From Octopus bimaculoides (Eukaryota): a stretch of 56,623 nt of DNA. Position 1 is the first letter of the stretch; the number at the start of each line of letters is the position of its first letter. Shown here piece after piece: positions 51,004-56,623 of the stretch. The stretch covers positions 16,073,181 through 16,129,803 of the forward strand of contig NC_068988.1 of the NCBI RefSeq assembly GCF_001194135.2, given 5' to 3'. Below the pieces are notes generated by a model. The model did no database searches and was not told where the DNA came from. It saw nothing but the letters and a program-made list of their open reading frames with translations. The position numbers were made by a program, and so were the translations under genes.

Positions 51004-52432
51004 GCATCAGTTTCTCTCTCTCTTTCCATCTCTCTCCCTCTTCTCTCTCCCTCACTGCATTTACTGTTTCTAGCATCTGACTTTGTTTCTTTGCTCTCTT
51101 ACTCTCCGGTTTCATTCCACCTCTATGTACTCCATAATACTTTCTTTTACTAGCTGCAAGACATGTATCTATATTTTCCATTGGCGACAACTTTTGCACA
51201 CTTTTATCTCATTGTAAGGCTTTATACATGTCTCCGCTTGTCTCTTTTATATACGAATACTATTTGGATTTCTTGTTTGTATACCTTGTATGTCTTATTT
51301 TGTGACAATTATCGCTTGCAGCTTCTAGATTTAGTTGCTGCACACCGTTAAACAATTTATGTTAACGGTACTATGTATTCGAAACCACATATAATGGTTA
51401 GCTGTTGGCGAACGAGATGTCAATTTTAGGTTTATAAGGTATTTTGTTACCGCAGTGCATGGTTCAGTTTATTGTCTTGTTTTGTCACTTCTAATTGTCT
51501 TCGTCTAATCTCCTCCACCATCTGAACTCTTATTTAAATACTTTTCTGGGTTTTATTTCAACTTCTACAACTAATTCATAACTTACTAGTCCCCCCCCCC
51601 ACATATATATATATATACACACACATACACGAATTTTGTCGGCAAATTGCTGAAAACAGAGAAACAGAACAGTACTTTGGGTGTTCATTCTTGTACAGAG
51701 CGAAATGATAGCATGATCTAAAGAAGAACCTATTCAAACACATTTTACACCTTTGATGGATGACAGATTACGCACTAGTTGATTCTATCACCTTGCCAAT
51801 GTACTACCAGCGTAACGATCTGTAGAAATATTTGTAGTTATACGGACATAAAGCCTATCTTTCAATCCATTTGCTCTCTTTCATCTATTTATGCACACAT
51901 ACACACACACACACACACACACGCAACTACACACTCATATATTTAAGTATATCTATACGTATATATNNNNNNNNNNNNNNNNNNNNNNNNNNNNNNNNNN
52001 NNNNNNNNNNNNNNNNNNNNNNNNNNNNNNNNNNNNNNNNNNNNNNNNNNNNNNNNNNNNNNNNNNNNNNNNNNNNNNNNNNNNNNNNNNNNNNNNNNNN
52101 NNNNNNNNNNNNNNNNNNNNNNNNNNNNNNNNNNNNNNNNNNNNNNNNNNNNNNNNNNNNNNNNNNNNNNNNNNNNNNNNNNNNNNNNNNNNNNNNNNNN
52201 NNNNNNNNNNNNNNNNNNNNNNNNNNNNNNNNNNNNNNNNNNNNNNNNNNNNNNNNNNNNNNNNNNNNNNNNNNNNNNNNNNNNNNNNNNNNNNNNNNNN
52301 NNNNNNNNNNNNNNNNNNNNNNNNNNNNNNNNNNNNNNNNNNNNNNNNNNNNNNNNNNNNNNNNNNNNNNNNNNNNNNNNNNNNNNNNNNNNNNNNNNNN
52401 NNNNNNNNNNNNNNNNNNNNNNNNNNNNNNNN

Positions 52433-52496
<64 letters not shown>

Positions 52497-52986
52497 AGTA
52501 TGTATGTTTGTATATATAAAGTGTTTATATTATATATGGCTTCTGCGTGTTTCTGAGTTGCATTTCTAGCTTGTGATTAGAAGCGTTCGGATTATCTATG
52601 CAGGCTGTACTTTTGCTATGCAGACAAGTATGCACTTATAGCGTGACATCATGCGTTACTCAATACTGAAACACATGTATCACATGAAATAAAGGAATAC
52701 CGAGTTCAAGCGCGCCTTTTATTTTGTCATTACACTGTGTATCAAAATAAAAGAATTTTTTATCGTCTCGGGTCCATCATTGATTCTTCCCTATTTGCTA
52801 CTATTTAGAAATCAAAGGAAATGACTCATATTTCCTTCAGACTTTTCATTTGTGTCCTGGACATCAATGTTTTGAAACTGACCTATATCACATTACATTC
52901 AGACAGATTCAGCGCTGAGTTACTGAAGCAGAAATACCATTATAGCAAATATTCTGCTAACTGCCATCGATTTGATTGTCACATAC

Positions 52987-53106
52987 TTAACTTCAACCAC
53001 TTGAGCATGTGTCTTGGTGTATTTGTGCATCCCTGATCCTGAGCAGAAGTAGGTGGGGTGCCTGATAGCAATGTGCTGAGAAGGATTCTTTGAAGTTTGA
53101 ATAAAT
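52987..53106 (-). CDS. Candidate internal host-gene exon (120 bp), product unrecognised
   Basis: Minus strand acceptor CTTTGCTTTTCTTAG, donor AA/GTATGT, length divisible by 3, non-repetitive and GC-richer than flanks; phase 1-1 frame xLFKLQRILLSTLLSGTPPTSAQDQGCTNTPRHMLKWLKLx is open, as is the phase 2-2 frame. Confidence 0.55.
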
Positions 53107-54339
53107 CTAAGAAAAGCAAAGTTTGAATAAAAAATTAGCCATTTTTTCATACTTTCTAGGGGTAAGCAAATAGAAAATAACAGTTAGTATCCAAGAACAA
53201 AATTCTTTCTTTAAAGATGCGACCCATACATCTATAAGAAGAAATAAAATTGTGATTTTTCTGCATTAGTAAATATTGTTTGGTGAATCGGCACCTAAAA
53301 GTTTTCACTAAGCATCATCCCGTACATATTCAAGAATTGTGTTCAATCCTCATCGTTGCCGTTTCATCTAATGCACACACGTGTAACTCAATTTGGGAAA
53401 GCCTTATGCATTTGAAATACTTCATTACTTGTTCTTTGTAAAGACGTTAAGTATGTGCCCTCGATGCAATTAACTATTTGTCATTCAAATTCCTAAATAC
53501 TACAGGAAATCTCACTCCAATTAGCGGGTGAGATTCACGGCACCATATATATCATGTTTGCGCATCCATTAATCGAAAAGGAGAATGAATTACAGTTATA
53601 TTAGTTATATCACTTCATTCAGCTTTTATTAATATATATCAATAATTATCGGAAATATTTTATAAATAGTTTAGTTATTCGAACAGCAACATCAAATAAC
53701 GATTCACCTCATGCTTTCTTCATCAGGGCATATTGTTAGACACTTAATATTATTTCCTTCGATTTAGAGTCATAGCAACACTTGCTTGGAATTCACTATT
53801 CAAGTAATCTCTAGTTTTGTGCTATGAAATAAAGGATATTTATGTAAAAAAAAAAACGAATTATTGTATGTCTAAAAAAGCAATATGAACCATATTACGG
53901 TTAACCGGTGAAATCTGATGGAATTGTTGATAGCCTTCGTTGGGAAATAGTAAATAAAATTAAGTTACAGAGATAGTATATTTACTGTAAATAAGGGTGT
54001 CTGATGTACCTGACATATTCTTTGTATGTAAGAGATTAATACTTTCTTCGTTTATAAAAAAAAAAAACTTATTTCAAATCGGATTCGTTCCTTTATCCTC
54101 AACTATAAAATCTGAATGGTCTTACTCGATGCGCCAGGGCTTCCAATAATCAGAAAATGTTAATTTATTCTCAGGATATTCTCAGTTTGAGAACTACTTT
54201 GTATTAAACAAGTAACGGTTCGGCTACGAAGATTCCTTTATTTTTAAAAGTATTAATCAATTATGTGACTTTCGCTAGAGATTACAAACTATCCAGTAAG
54301 AGAAATATTTAGCAATGCTAAATGTGACTAATATATGGC

Positions 54340-54566
54340 TCGAGCTGGCAGAAACGTTAGCACGCCGGGTGAAAAATATTGCGGTATTTTCGTCTGCCGT
54401 TACGTTCTGAGTTCAAATTCCGCCGAGGTCGACTTTGCCTTTCATCCTTTCGGGGTCCATTAAATAAGTACCAGGTAATCACTGGGGTCGATGTAATCGA
54501 CTTAATAGCCGTGTCTTCTTTGTTTGTCCCCTCTATGTTTAGTCCCCTGTGGGCAATAAAGAAATA
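54340..54566 (+). mobile_element. Full-length family B SINE with 10-bp TSD
   Basis: TSD AATATATGGC at 54330-54339 and 54567-54576; tail type i as at 6940. Confidence 0.93.
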
Positions 54567-55237
54567 AATATATGGCAAAAATTTAAAAACCAGCTGAAAT
54601 CCGGAAGTTTGACAAGATGAAATAAAGATCAGTTGTTATAGAACACAGAGTTAATCCGTCCCACTGGTGTTTTGTCGCATGTATCTGAACAGAACATTTG
54701 TTATATGTGTATCTATGTACGCGAATTTATGAAACAATCATGACAATATTGAATCCCGTCATAGAGTTTAAATGTATTCCATCTCTTGACAGAATAAGTA
54801 ACTCAAATAGTAATACCGTGTGCATTTGAAATTCTTAAAGATAAAATGAAATTTTAACGTTAGATTACGCGGTGTCAGGCTGAGCAATAATATTAGATGT
54901 AAAAGGTAAGGTCTAAAGCTTACGTAAACTTCAACTGGATTAATATCTTTTTGTATACTGCATCGTAATCCGAACTAAGTTTATACAAAACCCCCCAAAA
55001 TGTGCATATTTATTACTGTAATTCGAAATAATTTGGCATTGAGAAAAATTCACAATTTTGGTGCTTTGAATTCATTCTCAATACGTTTTGGTAAATTCGA
55101 ACCTGAATATAATTACCGTTGTATTTCGCTTTCGGAGAGCGTCCCTCCAAAACACATAGTTGATTCATTGAGGTAACAACACGATGAAACAGCGCGTTGT
55201 AACGGCCATATTGCATGCTTCGCCAGATCAATGAATG

Positions 55238-55276
<39 letters not shown>

Positions 55277-55979
55277 NNNNNNNNNNNNNNNNNNNNNNNN
55301 NNNNNNNNNNNNNNNNNNNNNNNNNNNNNNNNNNNNNNNNNNNNNNNNNNNNNNNNNNNNNNNNNNNNNNNNNNNNNNNNNNNNNNNNNNNNNNNNNNNN
55401 NNNNNNNNNNNNNNNNNNNNNNNNNNNNNNNNNNNNNNNNNNNNNNNNNNNNNNNNNNNNNNNNNNNNNNNNNNNNNNNNNNNNNNNNNNNNNNNNNNNN
55501 NNNNNNNNNNNNNNNNNNNNNNNNNNNNNNNNNNNNNNNNNNNNNNNNNNNNNNNNNNNNNNNNNNNNNNNNNNNNNNNNNNNNNNNNNNNNNNNNNNNN
55601 NNNNNNNNNNNNNNNNNNNNNNNNNNNNNNNNNNNNNNNNNNNNNNNNNNNNNNNNNNNNNNNNNNNNNNNNNNNNNNNNNNNNNNNNNNNNNNNNNNNN
55701 NNNNNNNNNNNNNNNNNNNNNNNNNNNNNNNNNNNNNNNNNNNNNNNNNNNNNNNNNNNNNNNNNNNNNNNNNNNNNNNNNNNNNNNNNNNNNNNNNNNN
55801 NNNNNNNNNNNNNNNNNNNNNNNNNNNNNNNNNNNNNNNNNNNNNNNNNNNNNNNNNNNNNNNNNNNNNNNNNNNNNNNNNNNNNNNNNNNNNNNNNNNN
55901 NNNNNNNNNNNNNNNNNNNNNNNNNNNNNNNNNNNNNNNNNNNNNNNNNNNNNNNNNNNNNNNNNNNNNNNNNNNNNNN

Positions 55980-56440
55980 CTATAATCACAAGAAGTGACG
56001 AACTGACTACCACAATCTCTTGGCTGCCACAACAGTCCCATCTCTCTGTCCCTCTCTCTCATTGCTTCAGTCCCTATCGGTTGACTGGTACTTTCTCAGC
56101 ATCTGTCTCTCAGACTCTCTGTTCATCGTGGTTGGCTGCTAGCCTTCACATTAACTGCTGTACATCTTCACTGGCTGACGTTCTTCATCCAACTCCCTGC
56201 CCAACTGCTCTGGCCAACCGCCTCGCGCCAACTGCTCTGGCCAACCGCCTCACGCCAACTGCTCTCGCCAACCGCCTCGCGCCAACTGCTCTTGCCAACT
56301 CCCCTGGCCAACTGCTTGATGCCAACTGCTCTCGCCAACCGATCGCGCCAGTTCCCTGATACCAACTCCGTTTACAGCAACTCTCTCTCTCGTATTTATC
56401 ACAAATATCATAGCTTTACAGTGCTACATTACTCCCTCCA
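55980..56440 (-). mobile_element. Possible 3' LTR with polypurine tract of an LTR retrotransposon
   Basis: Minus strand TTTGGAGGGAGTAA followed by TGTAGCAC at 56428; GC-richer ~450-bp block running into a gap; other LTR end and pol not visible. Confidence 0.4.
56189..56370 (+). repeat. 27-bp minisatellite built from 13/14-bp CCAAC-initiated subunits
   Basis: CCAACTGCTCTGGCCAACCGCCTCGCG-type units at 56201, 56228, 56255, then degenerate units. Confidence 0.92.
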
Positions 56441-56623
56441 AAGCTGGGTCAGTTCAGTACAATTCCTCACTTGTTTTTCTGAACTTTCGATGACCGGAAA
56501 GAGTCATCGATCACACCTACGCTAAAAATAGCTGTGCTTGTTGACAGGACAAAGGAAATACCATTGTCCTCAACAACCAGAATACGGTTTCAAACCCAGC
56601 TCGGGGAAAAGGGATATAACATT

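Noticed and set aside
50468-51199. 243-aa minus-strand ORF with K/R/E-rich segments
   Set aside because: Openness explained by a purine-rich strand and (GA)n/(CA)n tracts; no recognisable domain

Overview
AT-rich, gap-riddled (13 N-runs) eukaryotic DNA dense in (TA)n, (CA)n, (GA)n, (AAT)n, (TTC)n and (TCTA)n microsatellites. The SINE families resemble those I recall from octopus genomes (inference, not a database result). Nearly all ORFs in the supplied track are microsatellite or N-gap artefacts. The window is best read as intronic or intergenic, with one plausible host exon (52987-53106, minus strand, 120 bp, canonical splice sites, product unrecognised). Supported content: about 20 tRNA-derived SINE copies from four families (four with clear TSDs), a hAT MITE with perfect 8-bp TSD, four R4/Dong-type LINE fragments, a decayed DD37D (maT) transposase, two decayed Penelope-like elements (PLEs) plus a probable third, and a possible LTR end. 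The most notable feature is a 546-bp palindrome (23121-23666) of two head-to-head arms, each a tRNA-like Pol III head, a triplet tract and a PLE-type minimal hammerhead ribozyme. Hammerhead-shaped motifs from three other sequence families lie at PLE 3' ends (2944, 12917, 30744). All five hammerhead copies deviate from the canonical core, so activity is not established.
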